Source of the DNA: Eledone cirrhosa
Lineage: Eukaryota
NCBI GenBank assembly: GCA_964016885.1
Contig: OZ024751.1
Coordinates: 15,190,001-15,254,000, forward strand
Direction: 5' to 3'
Length of the DNA stretch: 64,000 nucleotides
The notes under the pieces are model-generated. The model was not told the DNA's origin. It searched no databases and saw only the letters and a list, made by a program, of their open reading frames with translations. Below are positions 39,451-51,625 of this stretch, piece after piece. How positions within the stretch are numbered: the stretch's first letter is position 1; every line of letters starts with the position of its first letter. The translations under genes and the position numbers were made by a program.

Positions 39451-39814
39451 GGCAGTGTCTTAGCATTGCTTCAGTTCTATTGCAAAGAAATATCCAAACT
39501 CTCTGTTGACCAAAAACTCTTTATCTAATCAAAACAAAACAAAACAAAACAAAACAACACATTTGTTGTCCTTTCTGTTTATCCCTCTGTTATTTTTTTT
39601 ATTTTTTATTTGGAAATTTAATTGATTTAATTAATTGTAATTATTAATTATTCTATATCGACTGGAATTATCATGGAGATTTCAAAAAAATTTTGAGGGC
39701 CTTTTTCTTTTGTCTTGTTTTTTTTCAAACATTGTTATTCATTTTCTTCGGTTAAACTTCCCAAGGAAATGTCCTCATCCGTCATACTGCTAAAGTTAAC
39801 GAATAGTAATTACA

Positions 39815-39845
<31 letters not shown>

Positions 39846-40017
39846 CTTCCCTCTCCCTATCTTTCTATCTCTCTCCTCTTCTCCTCCCTTCTCTCCTCTC
39901 CTTTCCGTATTATATACAGTATATAAAAAAAAAAAGACTTATGAATAGCTGTTCTGAACTTGCTATTTCTTATGTTATGTTAATATGATATACATCTATT
40001 TACATTATTTTATGAAA

Positions 40018-40023
40018 AATAAA
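40018..40023 (+). terminator. Candidate VPS26 poly(A) signal AATAAA (second copy at 40103-40108)
   Basis: Canonical hexamer ~1.05 kb after the stop codon. Confidence 0.4.
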
Positions 40024-40448
40024 TATCTGACAAAAAACAACTCCAGTAAAAATCAATTATTTTGGAATATATATATATTTGGAATTGTATATTTAATTAT
40101 ATAATAAACAACACAATATAATTATTCTATTACCTAAGGTTTCATGATTCTAACAGCTGATGGAATAATTATATTGTGTTGTTTATTATATAATTAAATA
40201 GCTCTGTACTATACATAGAGAACTCTTCTTTCCTTTACCTTTTCTATAGAAATACATATTAGATGTATATATATATTAAAAAAAAAGGAAAACAATGACT
40301 TCACTTGTAGTTCTAAACAATTTAATTTAGTTTTATGATATTGTAAAATTATATTATAAAATTAAATTAAATTGTTTAGAACTACAAGTGAAGTCATTCT
40401 TTTCCTTTTTTAAATATACCTAACTGTACCCAGGATTTCACACATTTT

Positions 40449-40499
<51 letters not shown>

Positions 40500-40654
40500 A
40501 TAATAATAAATTTGAAGACTAAAATCCAAAGAGGGCTCGATAAGGATAAATATATATCAAATATATAAGAACCGTAGAGCAAATATTTATTAAAATAACA
40601 GATTAAAGTTTAAGCAAAAGCGATTCTTTGCTTAAACTTTAATCTGTTATTTTA

Positions 40655-40692
<38 letters not shown>

Positions 40693-40826
40693 GTGAAGAC
40701 AGGAAAAGGAACAAAGAGAGACAGTCCCATCTCACCAGTCAGCCGCATACATTGTGTCAATGCTTTATATATACATATGCATACATTCATACGAGTGTGT
40801 ATATATGTATATGCCGTGTATGTATA

Positions 40827-40993
40827 CAGTGAAATTCCATTGTAATGAAATTCACGGGGTTTTTTTAAAAAATTTGTAACGGAAAATTCTTTATAACAAA
40901 ATTGACTGAAATAAATCAAGCATTTGTGTGTTATTACCTCGGAGATTGAAAAAAACTTTATACTGAAAAATTCGTTATAATGGAATTTTACCA

Positions 40994-40995
<2 letters not shown>
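40827..40995. mobile_element. Tigger-like MITE
   Basis: TA|CAGTGAAATTCCATTGTAATGAA ... TTCGTTATAATGGAATTTTACCAG|TA. Confidence 0.6.
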
Positions 40996-41043
<48 letters not shown>

Positions 41044-41494
41044 CACATACACACACACACACACACAAACGTACATTCATATATATATATATCATCATCA
41101 TCATTTTCATTTAACGTCCATCTTCCACGCTACCATGGGTTAGACGTGAGTTGTCCCACTTGAGGCAAGGTTGACCGAGTCTCGCTCATATGGGACTATC
41201 TGGCAGGTTTTCTACGGCTGGATGCCCTTCCTCATACGAACCACATTTACAGTGTGGAACTGGGAGCTTTTTACCGTGTTACCGACACGGCCACATTACA
41301 GCGTGGACTGTGTGTTTTTTTTGTTGTAACACCTACACGATCTCGATCTCATTATCTCATCTATTTGGACTGGATGTTATGGTACCAACTTTACAGAGAC
41401 AGGGTGGTGTTGGTGGGAGGATAGGGTAGGGGTAGTGGATTGGGGTGTATATTTGGTTAAGAGGTGTCTACTGACTGTAGGTTTCGCTTTGTAC

Positions 41495-42420
41495 TTAGGC
41501 AAGGCGGGTCTTCTGTATTACTGCGTAGTGCCAAAGATCTTGGTCCAGTGACATTATCTTAGAGAGGTGCAAGTGTGTAAGGTCAGAATTTATCAGATCG
41601 TCCCAGGTTTTTCTGGGTCTACCTACTCCGTAACTACCATTAATTTTAATCGCCCTGCACTTTTTTATACAGCTGTCGTCTTTCATATGCGGCCATACCA
41701 ACGTAGTCTTCTCTCAAGTAAACAGCATCTGATCCATCTTATTCCTAATTTCTCACTTAGTTCATTTATGCTTTGCCATTCACGTATATTACTATTACAC
41801 AGCCAACGGAGCATGCATGCTTCGATCCTTTCCAGTCTGCGCAGGTCCTCTGCACATAATGCTCATATCTTACTGCCATGTAGCATTGCTGTTTGTATAC
41901 AGGCATCATACAATCTGCCTTTCATTTTTAGAGAGAAACCTTTTGTGGCCAACAGCGGTATAAGCTCTCTGAACTTTTTCCATCCCGTTCTGACTCTGGC
42001 TACTGTACTTTCAGAACACCCTCCACCACTGCTGATTTCGTCACCCAGGTAACGGAAAGTGTCCACTATTTCTATAAAACTATCTGGGCAATAGAAGGAG
42101 CTAGTATCCTGTAGAGACTTGCTACTTATTGCACCTGAGCATCGGCCACATATAAAGTCTATGTTCTTAGATAGTTTACCTGTGATCCACTACATCTTTT
42201 ATGTACCCATACTTTGCATTTGGGACATAAAATGGAATTTCTGCCTACTCCTTTCCTACACACTGAGCATGGCCATTTCCCTGAGGGCACCTGTGCCCTA
42301 TTTTCCTTTCTACAAACTAGAACTGTAGTCTTAGACAAGTTAACTTTAAGGCCTTTTGATTCTAGGCCATACTTCCATGTTCGGAATTTCTTCTCTTCAG
42401 CCATTGATTCAGCTATGAGC
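41495..42420 (-). mobile_element. RTE-type LINE 3' fragment (RT thumb with Cys-rich insert)
   Basis: LIAES..KGLKVNLSKT, WPCSVCRKGVGRNSILCPKCKVWVHKRCSG, FRYLGD..ARVRTGWKKFREL, GRPRKTWDD. Confidence 0.88.
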
Positions 42421-42571
42421 ACCTCTTTCTGTTCAAACCAACCGTAACTGGCTGCTCATGCTAATGTTAAGGTATTGTTCTCAAAATATATAATATCAAA
42501 ATCTCATAGATTCGATATTATGTGAGACAAAGTCTTTACCGTAAATATAGAGTAATGTAAATACTAAAGGG
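42421..42571. mobile_element. Partial piggyBac-type MITE
   Basis: One TAAAGGG|TTAA terminus plus family-internal sequence. Confidence 0.7.
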
Positions 42572-42584
42572 TTAAATCAATTAA

Positions 42585-42865
42585 ATGTCACTCTGCTTTC
42601 ACGCTCAGAGTTGCTGAAGCATGGAACAAACTGCCTGAGTCAGTTGTTAGCTGCCGAGACACTGCATCTTTTAAAACCCTCATGCTTCCCAAAATTCGCC
42701 AAAACTACACCTGATTTACCCCTTCCACACATGCACACGTGTATATCATGACTCATGCACTGTTCATTTCCATGACGTTTGTGCATTACCCTATGTACTA
42801 TACATACACTTTTTCATGAGTTGTAGTGCACCTGAGCTCTGTACACAATATTTCATTATTATTTA
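42585..42865 (+). mobile_element. CR1/L2-type LINE 3' end
   Basis: Reads RVAEAWNKLPESVVSCRDTASFK, a typical CR1/L2 C-terminal motif; ends in an (ATT)n tail. Confidence 0.6.
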
Positions 42866-43283
42866 ACCATTCCATTGCCATTGTTTAATAAAGAAAAAAA
42901 TTTAAGTTTCATTTCTAGCTTTTTATCTAATGTTAATTGCAAAGGTCATGATGAAAAACATCCAGTACACTCTGTAAAGGGGTTTGTGTTAGGAAAGTGC
43001 GTTGAGCTGTAGAAACCATATAAAAATTTAGAACATACCCTGTTGTAGGGTGATAGTGTTGGTGCAATGATAAAAGCACCCAGTCCACTCTGTAAGGTGG
43101 TAGTGCAGGAGTCTTGACAAAATGCTCCCAGTATACACTGTAAAGTGGTTGGTGTTAGGAAAGGTATCCAGTTAGAGAAACCAAGGCAAAATAGAGAGTA
43201 TGAACAGAATAGTCACCTGGCCAGTATAGCCTCAGTACATGACAGCCTGTCTAACCCATGCAAGCATGGAAAATAAACATTAA

Positions 43284-43466
43284 CCCTTTAGCATTTAAAC
43301 TAACCGTATCTGGCCAGAATTCTCTCACCTCTTTCTGTTGAAATCGGCCCCTGATACCAATGTTAAGGTATTGTTCTGAAAATAAATATCAAAATCTTGT
43401 AGATTCGATATCATCTGAGATAAAACCTTTACTGTGAAAATACAGTAGTTTATATAGAGTAAAGGG
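43284..43466. mobile_element. piggyBac-type MITE (reverse orientation)
   Basis: TTAA TSDs and the same internal sequence as 7610 and 29524, inverted. Confidence 0.82.
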
Positions 43467-43544
43467 TTAAACATTGATTATGATGATGATTCTTATTACA
43501 GAGGCATTATAGAAATATCCCTGGCTTTAAACAATTTAGTATTT

Positions 43545-43730
43545 ATGGAGACCCAGGGGTAGACCCCAAGCAAGATGGTTGGATAACATCCATGAGCTTG
43601 GCTGGTCTCGCTTGGGGATCCAGCCGGATCGGTTGGAGATGGTTGCTTCTGACAGAACCGGCTGGAAGGAGTGTTTGAGGAATCTGCCCTCACAACCCTC
43701 TCGGGAATAAGTGGGCGAAGAATAATAATT
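43545..43730 (+). mobile_element. RTE LINE 3' end (other copies at 56975-57155 + and ~13445-13540 -)
   Basis: RPRGRPQARWLDNIHELGWSRLGIQPDRLEMVASDR; repeated within the window. Confidence 0.7.
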
Positions 43731-44459
43731 ATTTATTGTAACTTCATAAGTTTAAAAAATATTGATTGTCTTCAGTGAAAGGAATATTTTTATTTTCAAA
43801 ATATTTCTTAAACGGAATTTAGAATCTAAACTATTTGTAATAGTTGAAAAAACAAACTTTTTCTCCGTCAATATTTATGTTTGATAAATGATAGTACTGG
43901 TGCTACAATAAGAATGCACCCAGTCCACTCTGTAGTGTGGCTGTACTGGTGCCACAATAAAAATGCACCTGGTTCACTCTGTAGTGTTTGTGCTGCACCT
44001 CTATAAAAATGCACCCAGTCCACACTGTTCGGTGGTAGTGATGGTGTCTTGATAGAAACGTGAAGTCGTTGCTTTTAGAAACGACATCCAGTCATTGGGG
44101 CCCATGCCAAAATGGAATGTATAAGCATGACACAGACACCTAAGCTGTCTGACCTCAGTACATGACAACCTGTGTAACCCATGCATGCATAGAAAATAGA
44201 TGTTAAATGTTGATGATGATTTTCATGCAGTAAATTAGTAGTGTCATTTGAGTGTAAAACAAAATGCTTTCTAGTATATGTTCTGGATCTCTGCATTGTG
44301 AGTTCAAATTCCACCAAAGTCAACTTGCTAATAAGATGCCTTGTGGTATTAATTCTGTCGTTTTGCATTCTGAGTTTGAATCCTGCTGTGGCCTTCTTGA
44401 AAGGTATACTTAACTCGTCGCCCATTTTAATAACACCAAATTGGGTTTTTCATCTGATT

Positions 44460-44685
44460 CTACATTATTGGAATATATAGTTGAATTGATCATTGTTCAG
44501 CACAAGACCACATTATATGACACATACAGTTGAATTGATCTTAGTTCAGCACCAGACTGCATTATGTGGAATATACAGTTGAATTGATCCTAGCTCAACA
44601 CAAGACCATATTATATGGAATATATAGTTGAAGTGATCTTAGTTCAACCCCAGACCACATTATATAGAACATGCAGCTGAATAGA
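44460..44685. repeat. ~50-bp minisatellite
   Basis: AGTTGAATTGATCTTAGTTCAGCACAAGACCACATTAT repeated ~4 times. Confidence 0.8.
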
Positions 44686-46061
44686 TTGTCTCAGTATTTG
44701 ACTTGTATTTACTTTATCTACCCCTAGAATGATGAAATACAAAAGTGACTTTGTAAGGTTTAATGATAAGCCAATATAAGCACATCTATGTAGTCATTTG
44801 ACCTAGAAGTAGTGACCAAATCTCTATTAAATCACTCACCTAAACCACCTACTGGCAAGTCGCAGGTGTGAGCCTCGCGAGATGGAATGGCTCTTCCAGT
44901 GCATCTCCCTTACCATCCTCCGGGGAAATGCCTCCTCCATTCTGTCCGCCAGGGCTATGGGGCGGCCAGCACGTGGAACCCCATTTGCTCATAATACAGA
45001 GAGATGAAAGCAATGACAGCAGGAGTTCGATTCTTCAGTGTTCGGACACATTTGTCAAACTGTAGATTTTAGGAAACAATTGTACCATAAATTAAACAGG
45101 CCTCTGACCGTTTGTATGTTATAGCGTCATTCTGCGTTCCTTTTAAAGATCATCTCTACCACCAGTGGACACATTTGATACTGTGTCTGGTTAAAATAGA
45201 TAGGATGATGACAACAGGAGTACCTTTGATCATAGGTTTGCTTGATTAGGTGTGGTATTAAACAGCAACAAATATTGTTGCTACTGCAGAGAAAATCACT
45301 ATACTTACTATATAAAATCTCTAGGAAAGGCATGGATTTCACAAATTTCCATTTCGTGTTTTTAAATATAAAGCTTCATTATCATTATGGTTTTTACGTC
45401 CACTTTTCTAACCGGCTATGGGTTGGGCAGGATGTTTGGAGACAATGTTTTAGAGTCAGATGCCCTTCCTGGTGTCAACCACTTTAGTTTCCTTTTACAA
45501 CATGCAGGGGTACAGTGTATCTATTCTAAACACCAGGATATGTAAGAAAAAAATATATATATATATGTAAACAACTTGATATGAAATGATTTGGAGTTAT
45601 GAGTGTAAATATTTCATAAAATTGTAGGAATCTGGAATGCATAAATAGCTGTAAAACAGCCAACTGCTATGATGATGATAATGAAATTATTGTGTAAAAT
45701 GCTCAGGTGCATGTATAGTACATAGAATAATATACAAATGATCTCAGCAAAGATTCGGGGTAAAACAAATCCTTTTAATGAATGGAAGAGGTTTTGTTTA
45801 ACCCAACACTTTGCTATGGTCATTGTAACAGCTGGCTGTTTTACTGGTATTTCGGCATTTGAGATTACTACAATTTTACAAAATACATGTATAGTGTTAT
45901 AAGGTAAAGCAGGTAGAATTGATATGACTAATGATTCTCAACCATTTTTGCTCCTTGGCCCACTAAAGAGGTGCTATTGCATACCATCAGCTTTAAAAAA
46001 TTCTTATTATATAAATATGTCCACATCTCACATTATCAATTGGTTACCCATATCCCACATT

Positions 46062-46635
46062 CCTGTCCACTGCTTCCTCTGTCTGTCTTGCCTTCTCTTT
46101 CCCTGCACCGTTCCTTCAAGAATTGTCTTAGAGAGTCCATCTGATCTTGTTACATGCCCATACCACCTCAGCTTCCTTCTACTTCACTGTGGTCAGAAGA
46201 TCTTTATAGTGGCTCACATGCTGGGTGATTCTTTTGCGGACCTCCTTGTTCATGATGTGCTCTGTGTAGGAGGAGACTCTCAGGATTCTTCTATAGCATC
46301 TCATTTCCACTGTTTGGATCTTTCTTTGCAAATCAGTGGTTAGGGCCCATGACTCACATGCGTATAGAAAGATGGATAGGACTAACTCGTGCAGGAGTTT
46401 TAGTTTGCATCTGAGAATGGTGCTTTTGTCTCTCCAGAGAGGTTTCAACTTAGCAAGTGGTGGTGCTGTTAGAGCACTCCTTGCAAGAACTCTGGCTGAG
46501 TGGACAGGAAAGAACTTTGCCACAACCCAAACACTTGCCTATGACTGCCAGAGATGGAGGCAGTTGGTGCAGCATTCAACACTGCAATGTCCCATCGACC
46601 CTGAAAAGGGTCATGAGACCATGATGTTGATGATG
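46062..46635. mobile_element. 5'-inverted RTE LINE insertion
   Basis: Minus part 46062-46490 (LYACESWAL..QTVEMRCYRRIL) and plus part 46491-46635 (AEWTGKNFATTQTLAYDCQRWRQLV, (ATG)n tail); near-TSD ATCCCACATT/ATCCTACATT. Confidence 0.78.
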
Positions 46636-47631
46636 ATCCTACATTATTATAAAACTATGTTCAAGACCTTTATATAAAGTGGCTATATACATCAATCTGT
46701 CGGTTGAAAAAACTCAGGGAAAGTATGATAGTCGGATAGTGGGTTTTCTCCCTTGCATTAAGCAGTATGATTTTATGTAAAAAAAACAAAAAAACTGTTA
46801 TTTACAGAATTTTTGTATTTTTAAAGAAATATTTTCCAACCATGTTTGTTCAAAACTGCATTATTTAAAATTACATAAAATACGGGCATACAGATAAATG
46901 CACGCATTTCACTCAGCCACAAAGAAATACACACAACTCCCCAACATGACCAAGGACACTGAGCACATTAGTGCTGTAATAACCCAGTGCTGGTGCCACA
47001 ACAAAAAGCACCCAGTTTACTCTGTAAACTGGTAGTGCAGGTGCCATGATGAAAAGCACCCACTCCACCCTGTAACGTCTGCTTTATGTGCTAGCAAGGG
47101 TTGGACAGATCTACATAGGCCAAGTCAGTTCTGAAGCAAGGCTACTGACCTCACAGACAGGCTGAGGGGTCTGCATCCAGCTTACGTACAGTCATATATT
47201 CTGTTGAACGCCTTTTGAATGTCTTTTGACACAAATTGAAGGATCCTCCCAGCCCCTTGTTTGGCAAACTTTTTATGGCTGGATGCCCTTCCTATGTTCA
47301 ACCACTTTACAGCATGTATTATGTAGATCACCAACACTAGGGCGGTTGCCATGTCCTTGACATAATTGAAGGGTTTGCCAACCTCTTGTTTGACAAGCTT
47401 TCTATAACTGGATGCCCTTCCACACACCAACCACTTTACAGCATGTACTGGGTACTTTTATTGTATTGACCACCAGCACAAGGGAGGTTGTCATGCCCTT
47501 GACACAACTAAATGGTCTTTTATATTATCAAGCCTGGAAGAACGAAAGGCAATTTTGATCTTGGTGAGATTTGAACTTAGAGCATAAATAGCAGAAACAC
47601 ATTCCCATAGGCATTTATATATATATAGATA

Positions 47632-47676
47632 TTCCTGATGATTTCCTTCGAATGAAACAGTTTTAGTCCTGTAGAA
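47632..47676 (+). ncRNA. Degenerate hammerhead motif
   Basis: TTC-CTGATGA-TTTC CTTC GAAT-GAAA-CAG..CTG-TA-GAA; stems I and II are short. Confidence 0.35.
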
Positions 47677-47754
47677 GCCATTTCTATATTAAATATTTAT
47701 ACTCTGCTATGTCATGAGTACCTTACTGTGGTTACCCCCGATTGAATCCAGGAT

Positions 47755-47786
<32 letters not shown>

Positions 47787-47789
47787 TAA

Positions 47790-47960
47790 TGATTCTGACC
47801 CCGGACCACGTCTCTGCTCACTGTTATCGGAGCAGAGTTGGCTGCCAGCAGGTACAATTCATGTGATGAGGAGTGGCTGTTCCAGCATGTCTCTCTTGCT
47901 GTCCTTCAAGGCAATGTCTACTGCATCCTGTTGGCCAGGACCACATGGCAGACTGACCCT
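47790..47960 (+). mobile_element. Diverged CRE-like RLE C-terminal fragment
   Basis: Reads EEWLFQHVSLAVLQGNVYCIL, compared with GAWLFQHIRLAITRGNAASV at 57820-57900. Confidence 0.5.
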
Positions 47961-48421
47961 TAAGTTTCATTTATGGTGGTGTCATGTAAATAAGATTGAC
48001 TTCATAAGCATGAAAATATTCTAACACACAAAAATATTTATAAATAATCTTTAAAATCTTAAGAGAGAATTAGAGAAGGTGATGAGGAGTTATATTTAAT
48101 CTTGTCATTGTAACAAGTGTTTGGTGATAAGAGTGCAGCTGTAAAGTTTCCCATCCTGGTCATATGGTCATATTCTTGTTTAAAGCTTCCATTTCCTCCT
48201 ACTTCTCTCCAGTCTAGCATAGTATGGGAAGGCAAACTTAAAACGATTCTCTCTTTATATACAGACACACACAGGTTGAACAAGTTTGTCAACCCAACTA
48301 ACAAAACATACGTATCTGGTATGGCGCTGTTGTAGTAACTGGTCTTAAACGAGTAATGTTAAAGCTCGTCCTACAGACTTGAGTTGCTCTATTCTTTGGA
48401 TATCTTTACCAAACTATTACT

Positions 48422-48476
<55 letters not shown>

Positions 48477-49594
48477 GAAAAGAAAACCAAAGACTATTTA
48501 TTATATCATATGTAGCCTTCTGAGTAGTTTACTGTAATAAATCTCATATTTTGAGCTGTAATAACTTCTTCACCTACCCTTATCTGGTGTTTTATTCGAA
48601 AACGTTTCATTATACGGCGGTGGATTGGTAGTATCGGTAGAGGGTCAGACACTATGCTTTGACGTATAGAGTTATGCCCCTTGCCATTCTGAGTTCAAAT
48701 CGCGCCGAGGTTAACTTTGACTTTCATCCTTACGGGTCGATAAAATAAAGTACCAGTAATGTACTGGGTTATTGCTGGCCTTGTGCCAAAAGTAGAAACA
48801 ATTATATATATATATATATATATGTATGTATATACACACACATATATATATATATACATATGTATGTAAAAGGTAAACAGAAATAACAACACAATCGGTA
48901 CAGTATATGGAAGGGATATATTAGGTTAACGCTTGATATAGCAGGAAGAGGCCTGTGATCCATGATGTAAAAGGACACCCGGGACTGAAACATGTAGGGA
49001 AGAATATATGTATATGTATATATAGGAAAAGAGTCAAGACCCTGACGGCTGAGCTCCAGCCATTTCGACAGCTAGATCCAAAGTATTGAATACTCTGGTG
49101 CATTATGGTCCACCTGGTATCTTACCACACCCTCTTTGTTATATATATATATATGATGATCATCATCATCACCACTGTTTCATGTCTATTTTCCATGCTT
49201 GCATGGATTAGACAGGTCGTCATAATCTGAGGGTAGACAGGGTAAATGACTGTGTCTTGCTTAAACGTTCTATTCTTACATGTTTCTACAGCTGGATGCT
49301 CTTCCTAACAACAAATTCTTGCTATTACATCAGTATTCATGTGACCTGCAGTGTCTACATCTCCCAACTAGAATACTCCCACCCCACTAACCCCTATTTG
49401 ATATATGACCTTCAATGATTACAATATTGATTTCTAAGTTTAGGTACAAGGCCAGCAACTTTAGGGGTATAGCAAAGTTGATTAAATCAACACCAGTAGT
49501 TGACTGGTACTATATTTTATTGACCTGGGAAGGATGAAAGGCAAAGTTGACCTCATTGACTCACAAAAAAGTATATATATATATATATATATAT

Positions 49595-49977
49595 GGAGGC
49601 ACATGGCTTAGTGGTTAGAGCATTGGCCTTGCAATCGAAAGGTTGTGAGTTCAATTCTCAGACCGGGTGATGTGTTGTTTCCTTGAGCAAGACACTTTAT
49701 TTCACATTGCTCCAGTTTACTCAGCTGTAAAAATGAGATGATAGGGACTGGGTTCCCTATCATTCCACTGCAAAGTGGTCGTGTAGGTGCTACGGCAAAA
49801 AAAGCACCCAGCCCACACTGTAAAGTGGTTGTGTAGGCGCCACGGAAAAAAAACACCCAGCACTCACTGTAAATGAGGTTGGTGTTAGGAAGGGCATCCA
49901 GCTGTAGAAATCAAGCCAGAATCAGTGCCCGTCCCACCCTTGCAAGCAGGGAAAATTGGACGTAAGATGATGATGAT
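49595..49977 (+). mobile_element. tRNA-derived SINE family B, full length (other copies 61121-61465 -, 60150-60420 +, 32470-32625 -, 26610-26850 -, 28125-28380 -)
   Basis: A-box TGGCTTAGTGG, B-box GAGTTCAATTC, central CCTTGAGCAAGACAC domain, RTE-like 3' tail ending (GAT)n. Confidence 0.85.
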
Positions 49978-50710
49978 ATATACATGATCAGGCGAGGTTA
50001 ACTTTGCCTTTCATCCTTAGGAGGTTGATAAAGTAAAGAACCAGTAATGCACAGGGATAATTGCTGGCCTTGCGCCAAAAGTGGAAACAATTATTTCTCT
50101 GAAGATGTTTAGCGAACTCTTTGCTGAAACATGGCTATGTTGTAAGAATACACACACACATATATGAATATATGTCATATATATATATATATATGGTTAG
50201 ATTTTAATGTGTGTGTGGGGGAGGGTGTGGCTTATCTATATCTATATATATATAAGACCCCCCCCCCTTGCCCAAACACACACATAAGATATGATCATAT
50301 ATTATTTATTATATTAAAATCTAACTCTAGCTTATAACAATCCTGGCCAGCTGAATGTTTAAATAGCCTTAAGACAGTGTCGCCACTATTTCATGTTGTG
50401 TACGGTGTATATTGGTTTAGTATAGCGATTCCTCTGACACCTGACACATACATACACGCACTCACATAAACACTTACATACACAGTCTCTTTCGTGTTAT
50501 TTTATGGAACCCCCTATCTCTCTCTCTCTCTATATATATATATATACAGGAGATGTTTGAGCTGTGTTGCTTGATCTGTATGACATTTATCCATGTAACA
50601 ACAGTTATCATCCTTAGGTAAAAAAACTCCCCGTGATGTTCTACGTAATCAAGCGGCAACAGTTACCATGGTGCAGTGCTAATTTTAAAACAGATCTCAC
50701 ACACACGCGC

Positions 50711-50772
<62 letters not shown>

Positions 50773-50777
50773 GTGTG

Positions 50778-50839
<62 letters not shown>

Positions 50840-50842
<3 letters not shown>

Positions 50843-50917
50843 GATGTCCCCCAAAATAATGTATACATATATTTATTAGAATGCTGATGAAATGTGTATA
50901 CATTTTTTGGGACACCG
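50840..50917. mobile_element. Tiny Tc1-like MITE
   Basis: CAGGATGTCCCCCAAAATAATGTATACA / TGTATACATTTTTTGGGACACCG, flanked by TA. Confidence 0.55.
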
Positions 50918-51549
50918 TATGTGTATGTATGTATATAATATATATATATATATGTGTGTGTGTGTCTATACGCATGTATACTCACATATATATATAAAGA
51001 CCAATATATGTGCGTGTATATATATATGTAAATATCGTCACCGAACGCTGTTCTTTCATATATGAAATACTCAATACGGACGCGCTCCCGATTTTTTGTT
51101 TATATATATATATACACAGTCGATCGGATTTTGATTGAAACATCTGTATCTCAGCTCGGACTTTTTTTTTACTAAAACACCAGTGTAGTTTTTTTTTTTT
51201 TTTACTACAACGCTGAGATATTTCTTTATTACAAAACGCAGGCATACACACACACATGTATATATATATAAAGCTAAGAGGAGAGGTTAAGTGTATACTA
51301 TTATTATACATCTAGATTTGAAACGAAGCATTTAGCAGTAGAAATTGTTAAAATCTGTACCAGGTACATATTGGTTTCGAATCATTAAACTATGTATTCT
51401 ATAACTCTTGTGTCTAACAGAGAAACCCCCCCATCACCACTATATACACACACACATCAACACCTAGCGGTTTCCATTGATAATTTCTATCGTAGGCTGA
51501 CACGACAACAGGTTTTTCATTGATTTTTCCATTATAATAAAGCAAGGAA

Positions 51550-51625
51550 AGTGGGCGTGACTCCAACAATTCAGGAAATAAAACTTGTTAACTTCCGGTC
51601 CGGTTGCGTACGTTTACTTCCGGAT
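51550..51625. promoter_or_regulatory. Promoter-like element with paired ETS sites
   Basis: ACTTCCGG at 51591-51598 and 51616-51623, GGGCGTG at 51553, CpG-rich patch in unique sequence. Confidence 0.45.

Noticed and set aside
39033-39528. YI/IY-rich ORFs (also at 50633-50985, 53019-53419 and elsewhere)
   Set aside because: Translations of (TA)n/(CA)n microsatellites.
41567-42052. 161-aa plus-strand ORF
   Set aside because: Antisense shadow of the RTE LINE on the minus strand.
48955-49000. Further hammerhead-like strings (GAAACATGTA here and at ~22887; CTGAAGA at ~50099)
   Set aside because: Core nucleotides are mutated or stem II is misregistered; at best dead remnants.
49595-49670. tRNA-like A/B boxes
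   Set aside because: Head of a repeated SINE; no complete cloverleaf.
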